DNA from: an uncultured bacterium
GTDB taxonomy: Bacteria > CAYUVA01
Assembly (NCBI GenBank): GCA_964448115.1
Contig: CAYUVA010000032.1
Coordinates: 1-54,655 of the forward strand
DNA: 54,655 nucleotides
Reading direction: 5' to 3'
Position 1 is the stretch's first letter; each line of letters opens with the position of its first letter. The notes beneath the pieces were generated by a model. The model was not told where the DNA came from. It did no database searches and saw nothing but the letters and a program-made list of their open reading frames with translations. Made by a program: the position numbers and the translations under genes. Positions 19,491-29,601 of the stretch are shown one piece after another.

Positions 19491-21134
19491 TTAATCCAAT
19501 CGGCGATAGATCTCAATGACGGGATGGGTGTACTTCCAATCATGAGGAGCATAGCCCTCGTTCACCTCGATGCCGAAGAGGGCAGGTGGATTATCGAAGC
19601 GAGCTACAAGCTCATAATCCCTGGAGTTCCTGATCGCCTCCAGGAAGGCATATTTCCCTGGAAATAACTCACTTGCCCTATAATAGTGCCTGTATTCGGC
19701 ATCTGTCATGATTATAAATTGCGGCTTGATGCGTTTAAGCAGCGAAAGGTTGTAATCTAGCATCACATAATCGTAAAGCCCCAATTCACGGTAATCCTGC
19801 CATAGTAAGGGCGGCGCATAGAAATAGACCTCGCCGAGCATTCCTAAGGTGGCTGAGCGGGGGATATTCGACTCCATCCACTCGTTTGCCAACTCCCTGG
19901 GATCATCTGATGCAAGCATTGCTAGGCTTGAAAAGCAATATATCACAACCGCAAGCCCTAATAACCCGAAGCACAATATGCCAGGCAGATTATACCTGTC
20001 GCCCCTTTTGAAGATTCGAGCTGTAAGTATAATCAGCAGCGGTATTATAGGTATCAGGTAGCGAGCAAAGGCGAAACGACCTATCCCAAGAAACAGAAAG
20101 TAGGGTATGATTACAAATAATAATAGCTTATCCTCCCTCTTGAGCCGCCAGAGAGCGCCTGATACCCCAGCAAGTACAGCGACGAATAGTGGCATCCCCA
20201 AACAATGGGTCATAACCGGATGCAAATAGTGCATCCATAGGTTGTGAATGCCGATGGTATCGAGCACCGGCTGCCTTTGCCCGTAGATTACAAAAAGTAT
20301 GCTTCTTGCAAAATCGCTCCCGTGGGTGAACATGCTCGGATTGCACGCAGCAAAGGTTAGCAAACAAAGCAGTACTGGGATCAATATCAGATGCTTGATG
20401 ATGGAAAATCCTACACGATGCCCCTTCATCTTGCTCCAAAGGACATAAACATAGGCAGCGCCGAAGATGAGCATGTTAATCTTGGTGGCAATTGCAGCCC
20501 CTAGTGCGATGAAAGCCAGGTTGACATGGAATAGCCTATCCGAATCCATGAAGCGATGCAGCAGAAATAAGAAGATCAAACCGAAGAATGTTGCCGTTTG
20601 CCCAGCCTTGATAAAACGCGCTTGCACGACAAGCTCAGGGGTAAAGGCAGCCAGCACCCCAGCGAAGATTCCACTTATCTTACCATATAATGATGCCCCT
20701 AGAATAACGGTCATAGCCACCAGCAGAACGCTGAAAAAGACAGCGGTGAGACGGCAGGAAAGGTAGATGGAAGCCAACTCACAAGGATGCTCTCGATAGT
20801 AGTCTTCATCATCTACAAACCGGTGCCCTTGTAGTGTTTTACCGATCATGGCGCCGGCTGCGAATAGATAGACAGCCAGGTTGCCACCCACATTATAGGC
20901 GCCAGGGTTCAATGACTGGCTCTCGTGCATGTTTAAAAAGGCCTTTAGATAGGTTGCCTCGTCGGGATTGTATGTGGAAGCGAGCCGATGGTGCCTTATC
21001 ATCGGCAAGCCCCAATCGAGGCGATATGCCCTCAGGACAAAAGAGACAAGAATTATCGAGACCAGGCATAGAAGAAATATCTGCTTTCTGGGAGTCATAC
21101 TCCCCGTTCTATTGTTGCCTGAGGGCATTATCAT
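19491..21134 (-). CDS. GT-C fold membrane glycosyltransferase (ArnT/PMT, GT39-like)
   Basis: First TM followed by YNPDE, many TM helices, AIATK, RYLIPIIP, soluble C-terminal domain. Confidence 0.75.
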   Translation of the reverse strand: MIMPSGNNRTGSMTPRKQIFLLCLVSIILVSFVLRAYRLDWGLPMIRHHRLASTYNPDEATYLKAFLNMHESQSLNPGAYNVGGNLAVYLFAAGAMIGKTLQGHRFVDDEDYYREHPCELASIYLSCRLTAVFFSVLLVAMTVILGASLYGKISGIFAGVLAAFTPELVVQARFIKAGQTATFFGLIFLFLLHRFMDSDRLFHVNLAFIALGAAIATKINMLIFGAAYVYVLWSKMKGHRVGFSIIKHLILIPVLLCLLTFAACNPSMFTHGSDFARSILFVIYGQRQPVLDTIGIHNLWMHYLHPVMTHCLGMPLFVAVLAGVSGALWRLKREDKLLLFVIIPYFLFLGIGRFAFARYLIPIIPLLIILTARIFKRGDRYNLPGILCFGLLGLAVVIYCFSSLAMLASDDPRELANEWMESNIPRSATLGMLGEVYFYAPPLLWQDYRELGLYDYVMLDYNLSLLKRIKPQFIIMTDAEYRHYYRASELFPGKYAFLEAIRNSRDYELVARFDNPPALFGIEVNEGYAPHDWKYTHPVIEIYRRLD

Positions 21135-21183
21135 AGCTAGCGCTCGCTATCTAGCAAAGAAAAAACCAGGGAACCGGGAAAAC

Positions 21184-21519
21184 TTACTTCTTCCAGTACT
21201 CCTCCATCTGCTGGCGATATCTCTCCTTGTGCTGGTAAAGGGTGGGCACCTGTTCGGGTATATAGACCAGACCGAAGTCGTTCTTGTAGTACTTGCCTTC
21301 ATAAATTTTCTGCAATCCGAGTTCGGCTGCCATCCGGTCGATCTCTTCGGTGGCATAGGTTCCCGGCTCCACCTCTGCAACGCTTGGGGGGAAGGAGTAT
21401 TGAAGGTCTGGCTTTGGCTCCTCTTCTTCTATGGCAGTTTTCTTGCAGCCAGCCAGTATGCAAGCCGAGATGGCGATGAATACGGGGATGATTATATATT
21501 TTGTTTTATATCCGCTCAT
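21184..21519 (-). CDS. Small hypothetical lipoprotein
   Basis: Signal peptide with lipobox ILAGC; ATGA overlap with the upstream gene. Confidence 0.65.
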   Translation of the reverse strand: MSGYKTKYIIIPVFIAISACILAGCKKTAIEEEEPKPDLQYSFPPSVAEVEPGTYATEEIDRMAAELGLQKIYEGKYYKNDFGLVYIPEQVPTLYQHKERYRQQMEEYWKK

Positions 21520-23552
21520 AATGGGCGATTGTATTGATTTCTCATTAACAGTTCAACCTCATGGTGCATCTTTCCCATCTTTTCTAATATTTTCTTCACC
21601 GAGTCCTCATCGGCAGGCAGTAGATCTTTGGGGACAAACATCTCTTTATAAGTGATCCTCCCTAGGAACAAGTTCCAATATTTCCTGTAATACAAGCCAT
21701 CCGGCTCGAATCGAAGCTCTGTTGAGCCTCTACCGAGTAATCCCTCAAGTAAAGAATAAGGCTCGACCGCATCCACGAACTGGAGCGGGTCATCTATCAG
21801 CCGTTCCTGGTAGCTTTTTCTACCGTAATCAGCCAAGATATCCATAGCAAAGCTCCAGGTCGATGGATTATCAGCCAGCGAGACGAGGTAAGCGATTAAA
21901 TCTAAAGAGCTATTTATATTATTGAGGCTCAGACCTGGGATGCTTCCATCGGTTATTCCCATTGTCAATTCATAAGCCTGGCTTCTATCCGAAGGCACTC
22001 CATGAGTTCTGCCGGGCGCTCCGATGTATTGTATAACATGGATATCCTTTAGTTGCCTGCGCTCAAGCATGTAGCGCACAAAGCTCCATAATTGCATCTG
22101 CTCGAAGTAGTGCAGACCACTCAGATCGCTTTGCTGCCCAAATAATAGACTCGAGTCATAGCATGTAGGAATGAATAAAATATGCGTCCATCGCTGGTAG
22201 CTCTCGGCGAATAATAACCGGGTGATCCAAGAGGTGAAATTAGTTCTATGCAGATAGTAGTGATCTAGCTTATCATTGAAATAGAAGTAATTAAGATTCT
22301 GTACGAGGTCATAAAGATCTCCGCAGCGAGCATCATCTGATATGAGAAAAATATAGAAATCATCCTGGTCATGAGGTTTCTGAAGCCTCTCAAAGATGAA
22401 CCTGAAGTCATCATAGACCCATTTCTCGCAGGCTAAAGGGAATCGAATGATAAAAAAGAATTGCACCAGTAGGTATATTCCCAAGATTAACCCGGGCAAC
22501 TTGGGCAGCCATTTTCTCTTGCTTGGATTCATCCATAAATGCAAGGCATAGATTGCCATTGCAACCGCCATGACCAAGCCCATGCTAGGGATATAGGCTC
22601 TCTGGAATCGATGCATGTCTTGATTATCTAGGAAGCAGAAAGGGATCAAGACCGCCGGAATGTGCATCAGACCGAATAATAAAAGTGCCAGAAGGTCTCT
22701 TTGTTTGTTGATATATAAAATAAAAATCCCGAGCATCAAGATCATGCTGAGAACTAAAGCAGCCCAAGCCCGTTGGTCCATCTGATTCCATAGCTCGAGG
22801 CGAGCGAAAAAAAGAGCACAGCTTGTTTGATATAAATATACGAGCTTGACTCCAAGACCAGTTAATAATTCAAGGATGCTTCGCTCGCCGCCTTGCATGG
22901 ATATCTTGGCTATGCGATAAAGTAAGGCTATCAAACTAAGCAGCATTGCAGATATGTAAATGAGCACTACCTTGTTAAATCGATATCTATGCCTGAATAA
23001 GTAAAGCCAGGCGGGGATCAGCACACCTAGCATGATCCCGATCTCTTTTGACAGAATAGCAGCCCATAGGGCGACAATGGATATGCTCAGCCAGGATTTG
23101 GAATTATGTAATGCGCCCTTAGATAGCGAATATAGGGATAATACGATGAAGAACCCAGAAAATACCTCATAGGATGTATAGACCAATCGAACATTATCAT
23201 TATCCACCAACAATAGCACAATTAAAACAACTACTCCCCAGCTAATCCACGATGAGTCGGTCATAATGTGAACCAATTTTCCCAGATAGACCGAGGTTAT
23301 TAAAAATACAAGCAGAATGACTAGCCGATACAGGTAAAACCTATTGCCAAAAAAATAGATCATCGCATGAAAAATAAAATAAACCACTGGCACTCGGCTG
23401 GGATCTTCCACCATGAAGTGCTCATCGCAGGTAGCACCGATGGTGAGGTAATTATGAAGATGAAACAGCGCTGCCAAGAGAAGTATAAATGTTAGGACCG
23501 AGAAGACCTTTGGAGATGAATCCCATCCAAGTAATTTTAAGATTACAGGCAA
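21516..23552 (-). CDS. Polytopic membrane protein, probable GT-C glycosyltransferase
   Basis: DE after the first TM, LSKE motif, RAYIPS, about 11 TMs and a soluble C-terminus. Confidence 0.55.
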   Translation of the reverse strand: MPVILKLLGWDSSPKVFSVLTFILLLAALFHLHNYLTIGATCDEHFMVEDPSRVPVVYFIFHAMIYFFGNRFYLYRLVILLVFLITSVYLGKLVHIMTDSSWISWGVVVLIVLLLVDNDNVRLVYTSYEVFSGFFIVLSLYSLSKGALHNSKSWLSISIVALWAAILSKEIGIMLGVLIPAWLYLFRHRYRFNKVVLIYISAMLLSLIALLYRIAKISMQGGERSILELLTGLGVKLVYLYQTSCALFFARLELWNQMDQRAWAALVLSMILMLGIFILYINKQRDLLALLLFGLMHIPAVLIPFCFLDNQDMHRFQRAYIPSMGLVMAVAMAIYALHLWMNPSKRKWLPKLPGLILGIYLLVQFFFIIRFPLACEKWVYDDFRFIFERLQKPHDQDDFYIFLISDDARCGDLYDLVQNLNYFYFNDKLDHYYLHRTNFTSWITRLLFAESYQRWTHILFIPTCYDSSLLFGQQSDLSGLHYFEQMQLWSFVRYMLERRQLKDIHVIQYIGAPGRTHGVPSDRSQAYELTMGITDGSIPGLSLNNINSSLDLIAYLVSLADNPSTWSFAMDILADYGRKSYQERLIDDPLQFVDAVEPYSLLEGLLGRGSTELRFEPDGLYYRKYWNLFLGRITYKEMFVPKDLLPADEDSVKKILEKMGKMHHEVELLMRNQYNRPL

Positions 23553-23592
23553 TTATTCACATCCGCTTCACTAAGAGAGTTGCTGGCTCATC

Positions 23593-24981
23593 TCACCTTC
23601 GCTTGGGCAGTTTTATCCCCAGTCGCTTGCATTTCTTGTGCAGAAGGCTTCTGTCTATACCAAGCCTTTCAGCAGCGCTGGTTACATGGTAGTCGGTCTG
23701 AAGGAGCGCCTCTAAGATCAGGCTTTTCTCATAGTTGTTCAGGCGCTCGGAAAGGCTCGATGGTTTGCCGCTTTCAGGTTGGATTAGGGTTTTTTGTGCA
23801 TACCCTCCTGGCTTCAGGTGCTCAAGAACATCTTGTTTTGTAATCCTGTCCGTGCCCAAGAAACAAACTATCCGCTCTATGGTGTTCTTAAGTTCCCGCA
23901 CATTTCCCGCCCAGGTGTGTTGCATTAGCACCTGTAATGCTTCGGGGCTGATCTCAGGTATCTTTCTACGATTCTCCTTGCAATACCTTTGCAGGAAATG
24001 TTCACATAAAAGCTCGATATCTTCTGTCCGTTCCCTTAGTGGGGGGACATGGAAGGTGAATACTCCTAGCCGGTAATAAAGGTCATCCCGGAAGCTTTTT
24101 TCTTGAACCATGCGGTCGATATCCTTGTTGGTGGCTGCAATTATGCGCACATCGAGGCTGATCTTCCGATTGCTTGCCAGGGGGGTGATGCAGTGATCCT
24201 CAATTGCATTCAGTATCTTGGCTTGCATGGACAGCTCCATGTCTCCGATCTCGTCCAAAAGTAAGGTCCCACCGTTGGCTTGCTCGAATTTACCTGCATG
24301 AGAGCGGGCTGCATCGGTAAAAGCGCCCTTGTCATACCCGAAGAGCTCGCTTTCGATCAGGGTCTTGGGCACCGCCGAGCAGTTGAAATCGATAAAGGGA
24401 CCGTCCTTTCTCGCGCTCTGAAGGTGTATCTGGCGAGCGACCAGCTCCTTGCCGACCCCGGTCTCGCCAGTGATAAGCACATTACCCTTCGATTTGGCTA
24501 CCTTGTGAATATTTCTCCTTATCTCAACGATTGCTTCAGATTTCCCGATGATATCAAATTGCTCCTTGACCTGCTTCTGGAGCCTGTTGTGGTGATCTAT
24601 CAACCTGTGGTGCTCAAGTGTATTGCGGACGGTTACTATCACCTTCTGAGGGGAGACCGGTTTCTCCAGGAAATCATAAGCGCCGTGCTTTAATGCCTGC
24701 TTAGCGTTATCCAATGTTCCATAGGCACTTATCATGACTACTGGCGTGGTGATCCCTTGACTCCTTATTATTTCCAGTATCTCCAATCCCTTTGGTTCAT
24801 CATCGAACTTTATATCCAGGAGGATGAGATCAGGCTTCTGAGCGTAGATTGCATTGAGCGCGCCCTCAAAATCATAAGCGACCATCGGCTCATAGTTCTC
24901 CCTTTTAAGCTCTTGTTTCAGCGGCGCGCTGAAGTCTATCTCATCATCGACGATGAGTATCTTTGGCTTACCGGCTACCAT
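23593..24981 (-). CDS. Sigma-54-dependent response regulator (NtrC/NtrX family)
   Basis: Receiver domain (ILIVDDE, LLDI), Walker A GETGVGKE, GAFTDA, LLDEIG, GNVREL, Fis-type HTH. Confidence 0.93.
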   Translation of the reverse strand: MVAGKPKILIVDDEIDFSAPLKQELKRENYEPMVAYDFEGALNAIYAQKPDLILLDIKFDDEPKGLEILEIIRSQGITTPVVMISAYGTLDNAKQALKHGAYDFLEKPVSPQKVIVTVRNTLEHHRLIDHHNRLQKQVKEQFDIIGKSEAIVEIRRNIHKVAKSKGNVLITGETGVGKELVARQIHLQSARKDGPFIDFNCSAVPKTLIESELFGYDKGAFTDAARSHAGKFEQANGGTLLLDEIGDMELSMQAKILNAIEDHCITPLASNRKISLDVRIIAATNKDIDRMVQEKSFRDDLYYRLGVFTFHVPPLRERTEDIELLCEHFLQRYCKENRRKIPEISPEALQVLMQHTWAGNVRELKNTIERIVCFLGTDRITKQDVLEHLKPGGYAQKTLIQPESGKPSSLSERLNNYEKSLILEALLQTDYHVTSAAERLGIDRSLLHKKCKRLGIKLPKRR

Positions 24982-25177
24982 TATCGATCCTGGAAATTGA
25001 TTTTATTCACCTACTTCTGCAATGTATGATACTACATTTTCACTTTTGATTGAAGAAGCTATGCCAGGCTGTTAATTTGCTTAACCTTCTGGTTACCAGT
25101 GTCTAAAACTGCTGTGCGCTTGGAAAAAAGATGTTATAATATACCCTTGATTCGATAGCCTTAGAAAGGATAGAGCA

Positions 25178-26494
25178 ATGAAGGTCGCTATAGTAGGTGG
25201 AGGCATTGGAGGGCTTGCTGCTGGGCATGAGCTTTGCAAGCTGGGACATCAGGTTACCCTGTTCGAGTCAACCGGCAGGCTAGGAGGTCTGGCTACGGCG
25301 ATAGAGATAGCCGGCTCTTTGCTCGAAGGCACCTATCATCATATCTTTAAAAGCGATGTCCCCATTCAGGATCTCATCCGCGAGCTTGGGCTTGAGGATA
25401 GGATGGTCTGGCTCACCAGTCCCATGGGGTTCTTCTCGGATGGCAAGATCTATAATTTTGCTACCCCGCTTGACCTGCTGCGCTACAAGCCTCTATCGTT
25501 AGTCGATCGCCTGAAGTTCGGCTTTAGCGCCCTTTACTTCCAACGGCTCAAAGACTGGAGCAAACTTGAGAACTACACGGTGGAGCAATGGGTGGAGAGA
25601 TACCTGGGAAGCAAGATCTACGAAAAGATATGGAAACCCTTGCTTTGCTCGAAATTCGGCAATAGCTACGACAAGATATCGGCTGCCTGGCTATGGGGAA
25701 GGATAAATCCACGCTCCAAGTCGAGAAGCAAAGGCGGAACCAAGGAGGAGCTTGGCTATATGCTGGGAAGTTTCCAGGTGCTGTTCGATAAGCTCGGGAA
25801 AAGCATAGAAGAAGCCGGGGGCAAGGTTCATCTAAGAGAGACGGTGCGTGAAATATCAACCCAGAATGCAGATCCAAAAAAGTACCGCATCCGCACCAGC
25901 AAACACCAGGTGGAAGGCTTCGACCAGGTGCTTATCACCATCGCTCCACCCTTGGTCCCAGACCTGGTCAAGGAATTTCCCGATGTTTACAAGCATAAGC
26001 TGATGGAGTTCGATTACATGGGCGCTGTCCTCTTAATCATGGCTTTACCTAGACAGATGAGCAACATATACTGGATGAACATCTCCGATCCGCAGATCAG
26101 CTTCGGGGGACTGATCGAACAGACGAACTTCATAGATAAAAAGTATTACAACAATAAGCATATTCTTTATGCCTTCAATTACCTGCCCCAGGGGCACGAT
26201 TATTTTAGCTTAAGCGAAGGTGAATTACTCAAGGAGCACCTTCCTTCGTTGCATAAGGTTTACGGGAGATTCGATCCCTCTGAGGTGTTGGAACTCAAGA
26301 AATTCCAGGTTAACTATGCGACCCCGATATATACACAGTATTACTCGCAGAAAAGATTACTTCCTGATACGCCGCTGCCGGGTATCTATCTAGCCAACAT
26401 AACCCAGATATACCCCGAGGACAGGAACATGAACAATACCATCGTGCGGGCGCTGGAGGCGGTCAAGCTGATGCACATCAGGCGTCCGAAATAG
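25178..26494 (+). CDS. FAD/NAD(P)-dependent oxidoreductase
   Basis: IVGGGIGGL, LGGLA, YHHIF, IYPEDR; SD AAGGA; paralog of 3055-4365. Confidence 0.82.
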   Translation: MKVAIVGGGIGGLAAGHELCKLGHQVTLFESTGRLGGLATAIEIAGSLLEGTYHHIFKSDVPIQDLIRELGLEDRMVWLTSPMGFFSDGKIYNFATPLDLLRYKPLSLVDRLKFGFSALYFQRLKDWSKLENYTVEQWVERYLGSKIYEKIWKPLLCSKFGNSYDKISAAWLWGRINPRSKSRSKGGTKEELGYMLGSFQVLFDKLGKSIEEAGGKVHLRETVREISTQNADPKKYRIRTSKHQVEGFDQVLITIAPPLVPDLVKEFPDVYKHKLMEFDYMGAVLLIMALPRQMSNIYWMNISDPQISFGGLIEQTNFIDKKYYNNKHILYAFNYLPQGHDYFSLSEGELLKEHLPSLHKVYGRFDPSEVLELKKFQVNYATPIYTQYYSQKRLLPDTPLPGIYLANITQIYPEDRNMNNTIVRALEAVKLMHIRRPK

Positions 26495-26513
26495 TGATAT
26501 ACCAAGCACTAAC

Positions 26514-27131
26514 ATGGTAATCAGCCAATCTTGTGATAAAGCCAGGTCGAGATATCAACAATGGGGCAAGGTACTATCCCATCTGACCAATCCACTTGTG
26601 CTCGGTCCGCCTGCAATGGCAGTTATTGCCTGCAAGGAAGGCGATGTCGAACGCCTGGGAGCAATCCCTTTTCTGCTAGCCTTGCTGGTGATGTCGATTA
26701 TCCCCTTGCTCTATGTGGTGATAATGGTTCGTCTGGGATTGTTTGTTGATTTCTTCGTAACCGATCGCAGTCAGCGGGTTTACTTCATCCCGGTAATAAT
26801 TGTTTGTTTTATGCTCGGTGGATTGATGCTCAGGTGGTTTGGCGCCTCGGCGCTTATCTGGATATCATTCTTGAGCGCGGCGGTTACGATGATATTAGTT
26901 TTCATCATCAATCAATGGTGGAAGATAAGCCTTCATACCACGGGAGTAACCACGATCTGCATCATCTATCTTTATAGCCTGGGGGCACTGGGAACTTTAT
27001 TTATCATTATGCTTCCGATCACGATCTGGGCAAGGCTGGTATTGCGAGAACATACATTTATGCAATTGCTCGGCGGCATGGTGCTTGGCGGACTGGCAAC
27101 ACACATGCAGTTTTGTTTGTATTTCCACTAA
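26514..27131 (+). CDS. PAP2-like membrane protein
   Basis: Multiple TMs, WKISLH and WARLVLREHT motifs. Confidence 0.6.
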   Translation: MVISQSCDKARSRYQQWGKVLSHLTNPLVLGPPAMAVIACKEGDVERLGAIPFLLALLVMSIIPLLYVVIMVRLGLFVDFFVTDRSQRVYFIPVIIVCFMLGGLMLRWFGASALIWISFLSAAVTMILVFIINQWWKISLHTTGVTTICIIYLYSLGALGTLFIIMLPITIWARLVLREHTFMQLLGGMVLGGLATHMQFCLYFH

Positions 27132-27378
27132 AAAAATAGTCGATCATTTACAATACCGTGTCCCTATCAATACCGGAGTCGGAGCTGGCTTATCATACGC
27201 AGAAGTTGGCTTAGGAGATTGGGTGGTTGGTGTATGTCCTGGTGTTTGGCCGGTGTAAGAACTACGGTTAAGATAGCTATTGCGACCTGATCTACTTATC
27301 TCTTCAGCTTAGCAGTAGTACCTGCGAATCAAGGTTCGAGGCGAATTAAGTGAAAAGTACTGCCCTTAAGGCTATAGA

Positions 27379-27627
27379 TCATCCGCCAGCCAGCGGGGGA
27401 AGTAGAACCACCTCGTCCCCGTCATTCAAGCGTGTGTGCACACCTTTACCCAGCATCACATTCTTTCCGTTAACGAAGACCTTGCTGGTGCGCAAGGGCA
27501 TCTCGATCTGCTTGCCATATCTTTGTTTGAGTATATCGAACAGACCCTTGACGGTTGTGGAGTCGAGCTGAAGCTCCTTTTCCCCTGTAACCTCTCTCAG
27601 CTTGGTAAATAGCTTCACTTTAACCAT
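27379..27627 (-). CDS. moaD: MoaD/ThiS family ubiquitin-like sulfur carrier
   Basis: VKVKLF..LRE...L.DGDEV.LLPPLAGG with C-terminal GG; SD GGAGGAG before ATG at 27627; downstream of aor. Confidence 0.85.
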   Translation of the reverse strand: MVKVKLFTKLREVTGEKELQLDSTTVKGLFDILKQRYGKQIEMPLRTSKVFVNGKNVMLGKGVHTRLNDGDEVVLLPPLAGG

Positions 27628-27684
27628 TGTATCTCCTCCAATTCCCGATGAATTGGGACTATCGGTTGTTGAATTCAAGGTTGC

Positions 27685-29601
27685 TTAGCCTTTCAGGTCA
27701 TCCATTCCAAGCGCCTTTAGCTTGCCTGGAGTCGGCACGCCATTTTTATCCCAGCCCCTAACCTTGTAATAGACCGGCAGCATCTCATCGAGCGGAACCC
27801 TGGAGCGCGGGTTATCTGCAATCTGTCGTTCCTTTAGCTGCCGTTGAGGGAGCGTATCATCCTTGGCGCTTAATCCCTCGCGCAGGCTGAAGAGTCGCTC
27901 CATGTTGTAAACCCTGTCTCCACAGTCAAGGAAACGACCGGTAGGCATCTTCATGCCGGTCAGCTTCTCTATGGCCATAGAGTGGTGGATCATCGGTAGA
28001 TGCAGGGGTAGCTTGCCCAAGGGGAGGTAGCGCTGGTAGTCGAGTATGAAACGAGAGCCTATCATCACATCAGAAAAGAGCTTTGCTAGCCTGCTATGCG
28101 GGGGTATGGCTCGGTTGGCATTACCGGGAACGATGGCGTAAGTGGTAAAAAGACAGCTTCCCGCCGAGGATACCGCATCAAATAGGTTCTGTTGAAACAC
28201 GACTAATGCGGGTTTTCCCTTTGGGGTTAAAGGATCTATGGTTACAGGTCCTAGCGCCTCGAAGAATACGAGGTAACCGCCATTGAGATGGCAGCCCCCG
28301 CGGTTTGAGGTCGCATATCCGAGTGCATGACCTACTGCTCCTCTTGGCTCATAGACCGCATACTCCAATCCCTTGCACTGGTTGGTATATTCCATGCCGC
28401 CGTATTTCTCAGCCAGGCGTCTGCTCCCTTGCCCGATGTCTGCCCCAAGACCGCGCTTGTAGGCTATTTCCTCGAGCAGTTCATCGATGCCATCCTCGGA
28501 GCCGAACTTGAGCTTGCTTTTCAACTTGCCCTTCTCGGTAAGCTCCATGGCAAAGGCAATGGTGCTGCCGCAGGATATGGTATCTATGCCGTAAAGGTCG
28601 CACAGGTAGTTCCATCGTATAATATTGGGTAGGCTGCGGTTTTCTATATTGGGACCGAACATGCCGACCGTCTCGAACTCCGGACCCTTTATTTCCTTCC
28701 CCTCGAACATAACCCTGCGCTCACAGCGCATATTGCAGGTTGTACAACCAGCCCACTTGGTGAGGTACTTTTCAGCAAGTGTTTCTCCGCTCACCTCATC
28801 GGCATGCTCCCAGTGCCCGTCCTTGAAGTTGCGATGGCAGAGTGTATTAGTCGCGTTGCAGCCATTAACCAGTCCAGATGTGCCGTATTTATGCAACTGT
28901 TCGCCGGTAATAGGGTGTTTATTAAGGTATTTGCCCCACCTAATGATAGCCTGTTTAAAGCCCTCGGGATCGTGCTTCTCGACCTTTTTATTTCCATTGG
29001 TGATAATAGCCTTGAGATTTTTCGATCCCATGACCGCACCGACACCTGTTCTCCCAAGGGCACGCTCGCCGGATAGGATGCAGGCTATTGGCACCAGGTT
29101 CTCTCCTGCCGGTCCAATGACAACTTTACCCCATTTCTTGGGCAGAAGCTCTTGTGTTTGCTCGGTGTTCTTTCCCCAAAGCTCCTGAGCATCCTTGATC
29201 TCTACTTTTTCATCGGTGATCTCGATATAGACCGGCTTATCCGCCTTGCCACGCAGCATGATACCATCATAACCTGCCTTCTTAAGATATATTCCGAAGT
29301 CGCCGCCGCAGTTGGAGCTTGAATATATGCCGGTTAAGGGGCTTTTGGTCGAGGCGTTGAAGCGGCTGCTCGAAGGCGCTCCGCTGCCGTTCAAGGGACC
29401 GGTGTTGAGGATAAGGATATTATCTTCACTCAGCGGATCCACCCCCGGTTTCAAGTTATCATACAGGATCTTCGCTGCCAGTCCCTTGTTTCCAATGAAT
29501 CTCTCCAGATCCCGGTCATCGATATCATAGTGCTTGATCTCGCCAGTGGAAAGATCTATGTCTAAAAAATCACCCATGTAACCCTTGTATTTAGTACCCA
29601 T
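27685..29601 (-). CDS. aor: Aldehyde:ferredoxin oxidoreductase (tungsten/molybdopterin family)
   Basis: KSPLTG, IGPAGEN, GRTGVGAVMGSKNLKA, C..C...C cluster motif, GPEFET, DTIS.G, YY.VRGWD. Confidence 0.92.
   Translation of the reverse strand: MGTKYKGYMGDFLDIDLSTGEIKHYDIDDRDLERFIGNKGLAAKILYDNLKPGVDPLSEDNILILNTGPLNGSGAPSSSRFNASTKSPLTGIYSSSNCGGDFGIYLKKAGYDGIMLRGKADKPVYIEITDEKVEIKDAQELWGKNTEQTQELLPKKWGKVVIGPAGENLVPIACILSGERALGRTGVGAVMGSKNLKAIITNGNKKVEKHDPEGFKQAIIRWGKYLNKHPITGEQLHKYGTSGLVNGCNATNTLCHRNFKDGHWEHADEVSGETLAEKYLTKWAGCTTCNMRCERRVMFEGKEIKGPEFETVGMFGPNIENRSLPNIIRWNYLCDLYGIDTISCGSTIAFAMELTEKGKLKSKLKFGSEDGIDELLEEIAYKRGLGADIGQGSRRLAEKYGGMEYTNQCKGLEYAVYEPRGAVGHALGYATSNRGGCHLNGGYLVFFEALGPVTIDPLTPKGKPALVVFQQNLFDAVSSAGSCLFTTYAIVPGNANRAIPPHSRLAKLFSDVMIGSRFILDYQRYLPLGKLPLHLPMIHHSMAIEKLTGMKMPTGRFLDCGDRVYNMERLFSLREGLSAKDDTLPQRQLKERQIADNPRSRVPLDEMLPVYYKVRGWDKNGVPTPGKLKALGMDDLKG

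Noticed and set aside
20968-21537. 189-aa hydrophobic + strand ORF
   Set aside because: It overlaps three minus-strand genes, including a lipoprotein with a clear lipobox and coupled start
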